From Pristiophorus japonicus (lineage: Eukaryota): DNA of 64,000 bases. The translations under genes and the position numbers were made by a program. The number at the start of each line of letters is the position of its first letter. The stretch's first letter is position 1. The notes beneath the pieces were generated by a model. It had not been told where the DNA came from. It was given only the letters and a program-made list of their open reading frames with translations, and did no database searches. This document shows positions 50,258-62,827 of this stretch, in pieces. Where the stretch lies: NCBI RefSeq assembly GCF_044704955.1, contig NC_091984.1:109120001-109184000 (forward strand), read 5' to 3'.

Positions 50258-53064
50258 GGGCTGGATTTTTCGGTCCTGTCTGCCTCTGTATGAGACGTGA
50301 ATTGGCTAGTTTAGGCTGGCGAATGATACTTAAAGGGTTGACGACGGATAGGCAATGGCAAACATTTAAAGATCACATGGGTGAACTTCAACAATTGTAC
50401 ATCCCTGTCTGGAGTAAAAATAAAACGGGGAAGGTGACTCAACCGTGGCTAACAAGGGAAATTAAGGATAGTGTTAAATCCAAGGAAGAGGCAGATACAT
50501 TGGCCAGAAAAAGCAGCAAACCTGAGGACTGGGAGAAATTTAGAATTCAGCAGAGGAGGACAAAGGGTTTAATTAGGAGGGGGAAAATAGAGAATGAGAG
50601 GAAGCTTGCTGGGAACATAAAAACTGACTGCAAAAGCTTCTATAGATATGTGAAGAGAAAAAGATTAGTGAAGACAGATTCAGGTGAATTTATAATGGGG
50701 AACAAAGAAATGGCAGACCAGTTGAACAAATACTTTGGTTCTGTCTTCACGAAGGAAGACACAAATAACCTTCCGGAAATACTAGGACCGAGGGTCTAGT
50801 GAGAAGAAGGAACTGAAGGAAATCCTTATTAGGCGGAAAATTGTGTTAGGGAAATTGATGGGATTGAAGGCCGATAAATCCCCGGAGCCTGATAGTCTGC
50901 ATCCCAGAGTACTTAAGGAAGTGGCCATAGAAATAGTGGATGCATTGGTGATCATTTTCCAACAGTCTATCGACTCTGGATCAGTTCCTATGGACTGGAG
51001 GGTAGCTAATGTAACACCACTGTTTAAAAAAGGAGGAAGAGAGATAACGGGTAATTATAGACCGGTTAGCCTGATATCAGTAGTGAGGAAAATGTTGGAA
51101 TCAATTATTAAAGATGAAATAGCAGCACCTTTGGAAAGCAGTGACAGGATCGGTCCAAGTCAGCATGGATTTATGAAAGGGAAATCATGCTTGACAAATC
51201 TTCTAGTATCTTTTGAGGATGTAACTAATAGAGTGGACAAGGGAAAACCAGTGGATGTGGTGTATTTGGATTTTCAAAAGGCTTTTAACAAGGTCCCACA
51301 CAAGAGATTGGTATGCAAAATTAAAAGCACATGGTATTGGGGGTAATGTACTGACGTGGATAGAGAACTGGTTGGCAGACAGGAAGCAGAGAGTCGGGAT
51401 AAACGGGTCCTTTTCAGAATGGCAGGCAGTGACTAGTGGGGTGCCGCAGGGCTCAGTGCTGGGACCCCAGCTATTTACAATATACATGAATGATTTAGAT
51501 GAAGGAATTGAGTGTAATATCTCCAAGTTTGCAGATGTCACTAAGCTGGGTGGTGGTGTGAGCTGTGAGGAAGACGCTAAGAGGCTGCAGGGTGACTTGG
51601 ACAGGTTAGATGAGTGGGCAAATACATGGCAGATGCAGTATAATGTGGATAAATGTGAGGTTATCCACTTTGGTGGCAAAAACAGGAAGGCAGAATATTA
51701 TCTGAATGGTGGCAGATTAGGAAAAGGGGAGGTGCAACGAGACCTGGGTGTCATGGTACATCAGTCATTGAAAGTTGGCATGCAGGTACAGCAGGCGATG
51801 AAGAAGGCAAATGGTATGTTGGCCTTCATAGCTAGGGGATTTGAGTATAGGAGCAGGGAGATCTTACTGCAGTTGTACAGGGCCTTGGTGAGGCCTCACC
51901 TGGAATATTGTGTTCAGTTTTGGTCTCCTAATCTGAGGAAGGACATTCTTGCTATTGAAGGAGCGCAGCGAAGGTTCACCAAACTGATTCCCGGGATGGC
52001 AGGACTTACATATGAGGAGAGACTGGATCGACAGGGCCTGTATTCACTGGAGTTTAGAAGAATGAGAGGGGATCTCATAAAAACAAATAAAATTCTGACG
52101 GAACTGGACAGGTTAGATGCAATAAGAATGTTCCCGATGTTGGGGAAGTCCAGAACCAGGGGACACAGTCTAAGGATAAGGGATAAGCCATTTAGGGCTG
52201 AGATGAGGAGAAACTTTTAGACTCAGAGAGTTGTTAACTTTTAGAATTCCCTACCGCAGAGAGTTGTTGCCAGTTCACTGGGTATATTCAAGAGGGAGTT
52301 AGATATGGCCCTTACGGCTAACGGGATCAAAGGGTATGGAGAGAAAGCAGGAAAGGGGTACTGAGGTGAATGATCAGCCATGATCTTATTGAATGGTGGT
52401 GCCGGCTCGAAGGGCCGAATGGCCTACTCCTGCACCTAATTTCTTTGTTTCTATGTTTCTATGTTTTCGCCCCGGAGGGGTGGCAATGGTGGAGATGACT
52501 CCTTCTGGGTGGGCGGCCAACTTCCAGGACCCTGCTGGGGTTTTCGGGGTCGGTGTCGGGCATTACCGCCCGGAAGAGGCGAGCCAGTGTGTAACGCCCC
52601 TAGTTGCAACAGCGGCTCGATTTCTGACTCCCTCGACCTGTACGGCCGTGAAGAGTGACATGCTGCGCTCGCCTGCGAAAAGGGGTGGTCCAACCTATAC
52701 TGGCTGCAGTGAGGTCATTACTGTCCACCTCAAGTGTAATTGCTTTTACTTTTTTTTTGCGGTTTATGTTGTGGTGATCTGGGTTTTGCATTGGGAATGT
52801 TTAGGGTGTTTTTTTTCAGGTTTTTCTTTCTCCCCAGGCCTCTCTCAGAGCCCACCCAGGCCAGTTGTTTAGCTCGGGTTTTTCGCATGCTCAGCCGGCC
52901 TAGCACCCTAAGAGAGGTGTGCATCGCCTCCCTTATCGCTCCACCCCACACTCAGGGCCCAGCTGCCCAATTATGCCGACTGAGGCGCAAACTATTCCCA
53001 GGTGCAAACTTTACCGCCCGCTGCCATTATTGCCCCGAAATGAGCAAAATCAAAAATCCAGCCC
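50258..53064. mobile_element. Harbinger-type MITE interrupted by a CR1
   Basis: TIR GGGCTGGATTTTT / AAAAATCCAGCCC; flanks TAA/CAA; same family as 572-1883. Confidence 0.75.
50287..52465 (+). mobile_element. CR1 LINE, ~2.2 kb, 5'-truncated and frameshifted
   Basis: ORFs 50239-50799, 50843-51346 and 51255-52220 tile ORF2; (TTTCTATG)n tail. Confidence 0.95.
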
Positions 53065-53506
53065 CAAGTGTTTTCTCTTCTATGTGATGTGTCTATCAAT
53101 GACTATGAAGCTAGCCTGCAATTTGATATTGGGAATCTAGTATTATTTAGAATTGCTGCATTAATGTACCCACACTGCCTAATAAAACCTCTGTGGTATC
53201 CTACTCATACTTTTCTTATCATACATGAATTAGTGGTGGATGAGTACATCGTGAGACTGAGTACGAACATTCACCACTGATATACCAGGCACCAGCACAG
53301 ATAAAAAGGCACCTGCACCTCAAAAAGTTCTCACCGGTATACAAACACTTACCAAGCATGTCAAAAAGCCCCAGCAACAAATTTTCAGATGCTCCACTCA
53401 AAGGCAGTGAACCCTCCTTTAAGGTTTCATTACTACACTTCAGGGAATGCTACTGATACTTCCATCATTCTTTCACAGCAAGCTGAAAGTGCCCAGATGA
53501 ATGAGT

Positions 53507-54046
53507 AGTACTGCGTGCAGTTCTGGTTACCACATTACAGGAAAGATAGGATTGCACTAGAGAGGGTGCAGAGGAGATTTACAAGGATGTTGCTTGGACT
53601 AGAGAATTTTAGCTATGAGGAAAGACTGGAGATGCTGAGTTTGTTTTCTTTAGAGCAGTGGAGGCTGAGGAAAGGCCTTATTGAGGTTATGAGGGGCCTA
53701 GATAGAGTGGATAGGGAGGACTTATTTCCCTTAGCAGAGGGATCAACAACCAGGGTGCATAGATTTAAAGTAATTGGTAGGACGTTAAGAGGGGATTTGA
53801 GTGGAAATTTTTTTGCCCAGAGAGTGGTGGGGGTCTGCCACTCACTGCCTGAAAGGGTGGTAGAGGCAGAAACCCTCACCACATTTAAAAAGTACCTGGA
53901 TGTGCACTTGAAGTGCCGTAACCTACAGGGCTACGGACCAAGAGCTGGGACATGGGATTAGGCTGGAGAGCTCATTATTGGCCGGCGCGGACACGATGGA
54001 CTGAAATGGCCTCCTTCCATGCTGTAAATTTCTATGATTCTATGAT
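53507..54046 (+). mobile_element. CR1 3' fragment (TTCTATGA tail)
   Basis: ORF 53515-53961; same subfamily as the 42552 and 10476 copies. Confidence 0.9.
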
Positions 54047-54769
54047 AATGAGGCATCTTCGACCAGTGGTGGGTTGGAAGCTACAGAATATGAATTAGTG
54101 CACATATCACTGGGGAAATGAAAAATATACACAAGCACATTTAGGAACATAATGAATAGATTTAATGTAGTGCCTTTATCTCCTCTTTATATGCTTTTTT
54201 GATTATGTGATAATAGAAAGGCAACTTGTCCTATGGCAGGCAGTTTTATTCAGCAAAAAGCATGTACACACAATAGGCACATTTTGACTTTATTCTAGGA
54301 AACTATTAACTTGATTTAAATCACTGCCTATATCTCCTTGAAGGCACGTAACTTCGACTATGCATGGAAGAAATAGTTGGTTCAGAGAATCAGAAAGGAT
54401 GCGTGTGCATGCATAATAATATCAGAGTCAACCTGTCCTATGGCAGGTAAGGTAGCCTGCAACTCTTACGTACATATCAATGTTCATCTAAGTGCAAGGT
54501 TGGTATAATGTGTGCGACCTTGTATCAGGCAGCTTTGTGTATGAAGTTTCTTATCTAGGCACAGGAAATTCCCTTTAAGAGGTGACAATCAAATTATCCC
54601 CCACTTCCTGTGACACGACTACCTCAGTGTTGCTGGTGCAGGTAATTGGGGATAGAAATTAGGCCGGGCCTGAGGCCCAGGCTTGGTGCTGCACGAGCAG
54701 CGCACGCCCAAACAGAGAGGTCAAGGCAGGCCCAAGATTGGGCCTCAGCTAAATATTCCAAGTGAGCTG

Positions 54770-57700
54770 TGTTATAGATGTGGACTTGTATTTACTCTGT
54801 ACAGCCACCAGAGGGCTCATTCGCTGGAGTCCCAAGGGATCCCATAATCCCTTGGGAACACAGGTATTTAAGAAGGCTTCACAGGTTGGAGAGGCACTCT
54901 GGAAGCCTGCAATAAAAGACTAAGGTCACACTTTACTTTGAGCTCACAGTGTTCAGTCTGACTCTTTCTCCATACACAACAACTGCCGACGAGATACAGA
55001 TAGCAAACCCAAAGATGCAGAGAACAGTGGGCATCCTGGAGATATTTTCGGAGGGAGATGATTGGGAAACTTTTGTGGAGCGACTCGACCAATACTTCAT
55101 GGCCAACGAGCTAGATGGGGAAGAGAGCGCTGCCAAACGAAGGGCGATCCTCCTCACCGCCTGTGGGGCACCATGTATGGCCTCATGAAGACTATGCTCA
55201 CTCCAGCGAAACCCACGGAGAAATTATACGACGATTTGTGCACACTGGTTCGGGAGCATTTGAACCTGAAGGAAAGCGTTCTGATGGCGAGGTATCGGTT
55301 CTACACCTACAAAAGGTCTGAAGGCCAGGAAGAGGCGAGTTATGTCGCCGAGCTGAGATGCCTTGCAGGACATTGCGAATTTGAAGGACATTTGGAGCAC
55401 ATGCTCAGAGACTTTTTTGTACTTGGTATTGGCCACGAAACCATACTTCGCAAGCTTTTGACTAGAGACCCCAACCTTGAGTAAGGCCTGAGCGATAGCC
55501 CAGGCGTTCATTGCCACCAGTGACAATACTAAGCAAATCTCTCAGCACACAAGTGCTGCTACAAGTACTGTGATCAAAGTGATGTTGTTTTTGAATCATA
55601 ACGTACAGGGCAGGTCACACATACCTGCAGCTACACGTCCGCAGATGTCTCAGAGTCCACCATCAAGGGTGATGAATGCAAGGTCATTAACACCTTGTTG
55701 GCGCTGCGGGGGTGATCATTGTTTCCATTCATGCTGATTCAAAGGTACGTTTGCAAGAGCTGTGGAACAATGGGACACCTCCAACGAGTGTGCAGACGAG
55801 CTGCTAAGCCTGTTAAACCTGCAAACCACCACGTTGCAGAGGAGGACAGATCCACGGAGGATCACTACGAACCAGAGCCTCAGATAGAGGAGGCAGAGGT
55901 ACATGGGTTGCACACATTCACCATGAATTGTCCCGCAATAATGTTGAATGTTGAACTAAATGGACTCCCGGTGTCAATGGAACTGGACACGGACGCAAGC
56001 CAGTCCATCATGGGCAAAAACACTTTCGAAAGATTGTGGTGCACCAAGGCCTCAAGGCCAGTCTTAACTCCAGTTCGCACGAGACTAAGAACTTACACTA
56101 AAGAACTGATTCCTGTAATCGGCAGTGCTACCGTAAAGGTCTCTTACGATGGAGCAGTGCACAAGCTACCACTCTGGGTGGTACCGGGCGATGGTCCCAC
56201 GCTGCTCGGCAGGAGCTGGCTGGGAAAGATACACTAGAACTGGGACGATGTCCGAGTGTTATCGCCCGCTGACGACACTTCGTGTGCCCAGGTCTTAAAC
56301 AAATTTCCTTCGCTGTTCGAACCAAGCATCGGGAAATTCCAAGGAGCAAAAGTGCAGATCCACCTAATTCCAGGGGCGTGACCCATCCATCACAAGGTGA
56401 GAGCAGTACCATACATGATGAAAGGGTAGCGATCGAGCTAGACCGGCTGCAACGAGAGGGCATCATTTCACCGATCGAGTTCAGCGAGTGGGCCAGTCCT
56501 ATTGTCCCAGTCTTCAAGGGAGACGGCACTGTCAGAATCTGTGGCGATTACAAAGTAACTATCAATCGTTTCTCCCTGTAGGACCAATACCCATTACCAA
56601 AAGCCGACGACCTCTTTGCAATGCTGGCGGGAGGAAAGACGTTCACGAAGCTGGATCTGACTTCAGCCGACATGATGCAGGAACTGGAGGAATCATCGAA
56701 GGCCCTCAGCTGCATCAACACGCACAAAGGTCTTTTTGTTTATAACAGATGCCCGTTTGGAATCCGAATCAGCGGCGGTTATATTCCAGAGAAACATGGA
56801 AAGCTTACTGAAGTCGGTCCCGCACACTGTGGTCTTCCAGGACAACATCTTGGTCACAGGTCGGAACACAGTCGAGCACCTGCAGAACCTGGAGGAGGTT
56901 CTTAGTCGACTCAACCACATGGGGCTCAGGTTAAAATGCTCAAAGTGCATTTTCCTGGCACCTGAAGTGGAGTTCCTGGGAAGGAGGATTGTGGCGGACG
57001 GCATCAGGCCCACCAATGCGGTGACGGAGGCAATCGAGAATGCACCGAGGCCACAGAACGTGATGGAGCTGCGGTCATTTCTGGGATTCCTGAACTACTT
57101 TGGTAACTTCTTACTGGGTCGCAGCACACTGCTAGAACCACTGCATGTCTTACTACAAAAAGGGGGCAAATGGGTTTTGGGCAAAAGCCAAAAAAATGCC
57201 TTTGTAAAAGCGAAAAAATTGTTCTGCTCAAACAAATTGAATGATCCATGTAAGTGTTTGATACGAGCATGTGATGCGTCGTCATATGGCGTCGGGTGTG
57301 TATTGCAACAGGCTAATGATTTCGGGAAACTGCAACCGGTTGCTTATGCATCCAGGAGTCTGTCTAAGGCCGAGAGAGCCGACAGCATGATTGAAAAAGA
57401 AGCGTTAGCGTGTGTCTATGGGGTAAAGAAAATGCATCAATACCTGTTTGGGCTAAAATTCGAATTGGAAACTGACCATAAGTCACTTATATCCCTGTTT
57501 TCCGAGAGTAAAGGGATAAACACCAATGCATCAGCCCGCATCCAGAGATGGGTGCTCACGTTGTCCGCATACAACTACGCCATCCGCCACAGGCCAGGCA
57601 CAGAAAACTGCCCTGATGCTTTCAGTAAGCTGCCACTGCCCACCACGGGGGTGGAAATGGCGCAGCCCGCAGATCTAGCCATGGTTATGGAAGCATTTGA

Positions 57701-59328
57701 GAGTGAGCAATCACCCGTCACTGCCCGGCAGAACAAAACCTGGACAAGCCAGGACCCTTTATTATCTCTAGTCAAAAGCTCTGTGCTTCACGGGAGCTGG
57801 TCCAGTGTCCCAGTGGAAATGCAGGAAGAGATAAAGCCGTTCCAGCGGCGCAAAGCTGAAATCTCTATACAGGCAGACTGCCTTCTGTGGGGCAATCGAA
57901 TAGTAGTCCCCAAGAAGGGCAGAGACACCGTCATCAATGACCTCCACAGTTTCCACCCAAGCATCGTAATGATGAAAGCGATAGCCAGATCCCACGTGTG
58001 GTGGCCCGGTATCGATGCAGACTTAGAGCCCTGCGTTCACAGATATAATACATGCTCGCAGTTAAGCAATGTATCCAGGGAGGCGCCGCTAAGTTTATGG
58101 TCTTGGCCCTCCAAACCATGGTCTAGGGTACACGTCGACTATGCAGGCCCGTTCTTGGGTAAAATGTTCCTTGTGGTTGTCGGCGTGTACTCCAAGTGGA
58201 TTGAATGTGAGATAATGTCGGCTAGCATGTCCGCTGCCACCACTGAAAGCCTGCGGGCCATGTTTGCCACTCACGGCTTACCCGATGTCCTGGTGAGCGA
58301 CAACGGGTCATGTTTTACCAGTGCTGAGTTCAAAGAATTCATGACCCGTAACGGGATCAAACATGTCACATCTGCCCTGTTTAAACCAGCATCCAATGGT
58401 CAGGCAGAGAGAGCAGTGCAAACAATCAAGCAGGGCTTGAAGAGGGTAACTGAAGGCTCACTGCAGACTCTCCTATCCCGAGTCCTGCTTAGCTACTGCA
58501 TGAGACCACACTCACTCACTGGGATCCCACCTGCTGAACTGCTCATGAAAAGAACACTGAAGACAAGGCTCTCGTTAGTTCATCCTGACCTACATGAACA
58601 GGTAGAGAGCAAGTGGCTTCAATAAAGTGTATACCATGATAGGTCAAATGTGTCACGCGAGATTGAAGTCAATGATCCTGTATTTTTATTAAATTATGGA
58701 CAAGGTCCCAAGTGGCTTCCCGGCACTGTCGTGGCCAAAGAGGGGAGCAGGGTGTTTTGGGTCAAACTTTCAAATGGACTCATTCACCGGAAACGCTCGG
58801 ACCAAATCAAACTCAGGTTCATGGACTACCCTGAGCAACCCACCTTGGACCCTACCTTTTTTGATCCCCCAACACACACACCAGTGGCAACCGACACCAC
58901 GGTTGACCACGAAGCAGAACCCATCATCCACTGCAGCCCTGCAGGGCCCAACACACGAGTCAGCCCAGCAAGACCAGCAGCACAGCAGCCCAGTGAGGGC
59001 CTAACAAATGATTCAACAACACCAGCTTTCACACCGAGATGATCAACCAGGGCAAGAAGGGCCCCAGATCGACTCACATTGTAAATAGTTACACTATTGA
59101 CTTTAGGGGGGAATGTTGTTATATATGTGGACTTGTATTTACTCTGTACAGCCACCAGAGGGCTCATTCGCCAGAGTCCCAAGGGATCCCATAATCCCTT
59201 GGGAGCACAGATATTTGAGAAGGCTTCACAGGTTGGAGAGGCACTCTGGAGACCTGCAATAAAATACTAAGGTCACACTTTACTTTGAGCTCACAGTGTT
59301 CAGTCTGACTCTTTCTCCATACACAACA
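54770..59328 (+). mobile_element. Full-length Ty3/Gypsy (Mag-like) LTR retrotransposon
   Basis: 212-bp LTRs at 54770-54981 and 59117-59328 (TG...CA, 9 mismatches by manual alignment). TSD AGCTG; PBS-like ACTGCCGACGAG; PPT AGGGGGGAATGT. Confidence 0.97.
55015..59083 (+). pseudogene. Gypsy gag-pol with stops and frameshifts
   Basis: Gag (WETFVERLDQYF, CKSCGTMGHLQRVC), protease (ELDTDAS), RT (WASPIVPV, FQDN), RNase H (CDASSYGVG) and integrase (HVDYAGP, SDNG, SNGQAER). Confidence 0.93.
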
Positions 59329-59522
59329 AGCTGCTCTTGGAAACACTGGGGGTGGGGACGGTGGGCTGGGGGCTGACTGTGACTGACAACGGCCGTCAGA
59401 AGTTCTCTGGGGCTGGGAGGAGCCAGGAGGAGCCGGGAAAATAAATTACATTTATTGTGTTGCCCGATTGCACTGCTTCTTGGAAGATTTTACATTCAGG
59501 AGGAGGAGTGCTCTCCCCAGTT

Positions 59523-61551
59523 CATAAGAACATAAGAACATAAGAATTAGGAACAGGAGTAGGCCATCTAGCCCCTAGAGCCTGCTCCGCCATTCAAAAA
59601 GATCATGGCTGATCTGGCCGTGGACTCAGCTCCACTTACCCGCCCGCTCCCCATAACCCTTAATTCCCTTATTGGTTAAAAATTTATCGATCTGTGATTT
59701 GAATACATTCAATGAGCTAGCCTCAACTGCTTCCCTGGGCAGAGAATTCCACAGATTCACAACCCTCTGGGAGAAAAAATTCCTTCTCAACTCGGTTTTA
59801 AATTGGCTCCCCCGTATTTTGAGGCTGTGCCCCCTAGTTCTAGTCTCCCCGACTAGTGGAAACAACCTCTCTGCCTCTATCTTGTCTATCCCTTTCATTA
59901 TTTTAAATGTTTCTATAAGATCACCCCTCATCCTTCTGAACTCCAATGAGTAAAGACCCAGTATACTCAATCTATCATCATAAGGTAACCCCCTCATCTC
60001 CGGAATCAGCCTAGTGAATCATCTCTGTACTCCCTCCAAAGCTAGTATATCCTTCCTTAAGTAAGGTGACCAAAACTGCACGCAGTACTCCAGGTGTGGC
60101 CTCACCAATACTCTGTACAGTTGCAGCAGGACCTCCCTGCTTTTGTACTCCATCCCTCTTGCAATGAAGGCCAACATTCCATTCGCCTTCCTGATTACCT
60201 GCTGTACCTGCAAACTAACTTTTGGGGATTCATGCACAAGGACCCCCAGGTCCCTCTGCACCGCAGCATGTTGTAATTTCTCCCCATTCAAATAATATTC
60301 CCTTTTACTGTTTTGTTTTCCAAGGTGGATGACCTCACATTTTCCGACATGTTGTATTCCATCTGCCAAACCTTAGCCCATTCGCTTAACCTATCTAAAT
60401 CTCTGCGGCCTCTCTGTGTCCTCTACACAACCCACTTCCCCACTAATCTTTGTGTCATCTGCAAATTTTGTTACACTACACTCTGTCCCCTCCTCCAGGT
60501 CATCTATGTATATTGTAAACAGTTGTGGTCCCAACGATCCTTGTGGCACACCACTAACCACCGATTTCCAACCTGAAAAGGACCCATTTATCCCAACTCT
60601 CTGCTTTCTGTTAGCCAGCCAATTCTCTATCCATGCTAATACATTTCCGCTGACTCCGCATACCTTTATCTTCTGCAGTAACCTTTTGTGTGGCACCTTA
60701 TCGAATGCCTTTTGGAAATCTAAATACACCACATCCATCGGTACACCTCTATCCACCATGCTCGTTATATCCTCAAAGAATTCCAGTAAATTAGTTAAAC
60801 ATGATTTCCCCTTCATGAATCCATGTTGCGTCTGCTTGATTGCACTATTCCGATCTAGATGTCCCGCTATTTCTTCCTTAATGATAGCTTCAAGCATTTT
60901 CCCCACTACAGATGTTAAACTAACCGGCCTATAGTTACCTGCCTTTTGTCTGCCCCATTTTTTAAACAGGCGTTACATTAGCTGCTTTCCAATCCATTGG
61001 TACCTCCCCAGAGTCCAGAGAATTTTGGTAGATTATAACCAATGCATCTGCTATAACTTCCGCCATCTCTTTTAATACCCTGGAATGCATTTCATCAGGA
61101 CCAGGGGACTTGTCTACCTTGAGTCCCATTAGCCTGTCCAGCACTTCCTCCCTAGTGATAGTGATTGTCTCAAGGTCCTCCCTTCCCACATTCCCGTGAC
61201 CAGCAATTTTTGGCATGGTTTTTGTGTCTTCCACTGTGAAGACCGAAGCAAAATAATTGTTTAAGGTCTCAGCCATTTCCACATTTCCCATTACTAAATC
61301 CCCCTTCTCATCTTCTAAAGGACCAACATTTACTTTAGTCACTCTTTTCCTTTTTATATATCGGTAAAAGCTTTTACTATCTGTTTTTATGTTTTGCGCA
61401 AGTTTACTTTCGTAATCTATCTTTCCTTTCTTTATTGCTTTCTTAGTCATACTTTGCTGTTGTTCAAAATGTTCCCAATCTTCTAGTTTCCCACTAACCT
61501 TGGCCACCTTATACGCATTGGTTTTTAATTTGATACTCTCCTTTATTTCCT
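59523..61551 (-). mobile_element. CR1 LINE, ~2 kb (TTCTTATG tail), 5'-truncated
   Basis: Four ORFs between 59626 and 61507 tile ORF2, including KFADDTK. Confidence 0.95.
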
Positions 61552-62069
61552 AAGCAAAAGTTTAAAAAAAATGTTAATTTTACATTTTCTGTAATGGCCA
61601 CAGGCTTGGCTGGATCCACGACAAGAAAATCCGAGCGGAGAAGACCTGAGGCTCGGCTCTGCTGGGGACAGCCCAATTTCTGGAGTGCTTGGCCCCTCAT
61701 TACCATACTCAAGGAGCATAATGCCTGCTTTACGCTTCCCGTGATGCCTAAAAAATGGGCTCTGTGAATTTAGCAGCAGAATCAATGCCAATGCAGATTT
61801 GGTGCGGGCCGTCCCACTGCTAAATTGGTATGTTTTGCACCTGTTTTACACCCAGAAAATGGGTGCAATGCACACCAATATCTACCCCTTGGAGTTCCTT
61901 ATTCTTGATTGTCATGGCATTACTATGTCCCCTACTGCTTTCAAGGAGAAGACTTTTCTGGATATGAATATATAAAAAGGACATAAAAAGACCACCTGGT
62001 CTCATAAACCTACGCTATTTAGACCTGGTGCTGCCATGTACATAATGGGTCCACATTTCTAAACATACA

Positions 62070-62662
62070 GGGATAGATTTTCCACTTTGGTTGCGATCGG
62101 CAATCCGGGTGCAAATTGCACTAGTTTTCCAAAGTGAAATTATGGTTTAAGTTTCCGCTCAAAGTCATTTGCATATCGCTGAACGTAAAATCTTCCATGA
62201 ACCAGCGCAATCGGGCAGCACAATAAACATAATTTATTTTGCCCCTACATTAAAAAATATTCTTTAATATATTTAAGAGTGGTAACCTGGTGTAGCTTTA
62301 TTAATAAAGCCGAAAATGGGTTTATCACAAAAAAATAATCTTTTTTTTATCAGGGTGTCTAGTACACCACCTGTGAGTAACCCAATTTTAAATAACTGAG
62401 AATGACTTAAAAAACCCATACAGAACCATTTACTAGTTTGATTGATGTCAGTTTCTTATGGTGATTAATTCAGTCTGGGGGTGTGGCCAGGTTTGTGGGC
62501 GGGTCTGGCTTCCCACGTGTTTTTTAAACCTGCGTAAAAGATGGCGGAAACTCGATTTATGCTGGATGTAACTTACACTTAAAATTCCTCCATCTTTTAC
62601 GCTGGATTGTCCGATTTCAGCAAATTGCGCTGGAAAAACCAAAGTAATGGAAGTTCTAGACC
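62070..62662. mobile_element. Harbinger-type MITE
   Basis: GGGATAGATTTTCCACT / AATGGAAGTTCTAGACC termini, resembling the TIRs at 6722 and 34571. Confidence 0.55.
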
Positions 62663-62827
62663 TACAATCTCCTGGGAGGGGAACAAAAACTTCTGCAGCA
62701 CCTCCTAATAAAGAGTCTTAAGTGGGCATCATCATGGGGGACTATTGTCAAAACAGGCACAGCTTGAGGTCAGTTGGAGACTAATTGTGGTTCAACAGTT
62801 ACTGGGCTCCTCTTGTTCCGGAAAGGC

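Larger units (their letters stand above)
54649..61888. mobile_element. Harbinger-type MITE expanded by nested Gypsy and CR1 insertions
   Basis: GGGATAGAAATT (54649) / AATATCTACCCC (61888); TTG on both flanks; GC-rich pieces at 54649-54769, 59329-59522 and 61552-61888. Confidence 0.55.

Noticed and set aside
53353-53482. Minus-strand segment with a strong donor (TTG|GTAAGT)
   Set aside because: Stops in all frames from the obvious acceptor, and no recognisable product.
56736-58625. 629-aa ORF as an active pol
   Set aside because: Upstream frameshifts and stops, an RT motif reading FQDN and a premature stop after the integrase core.
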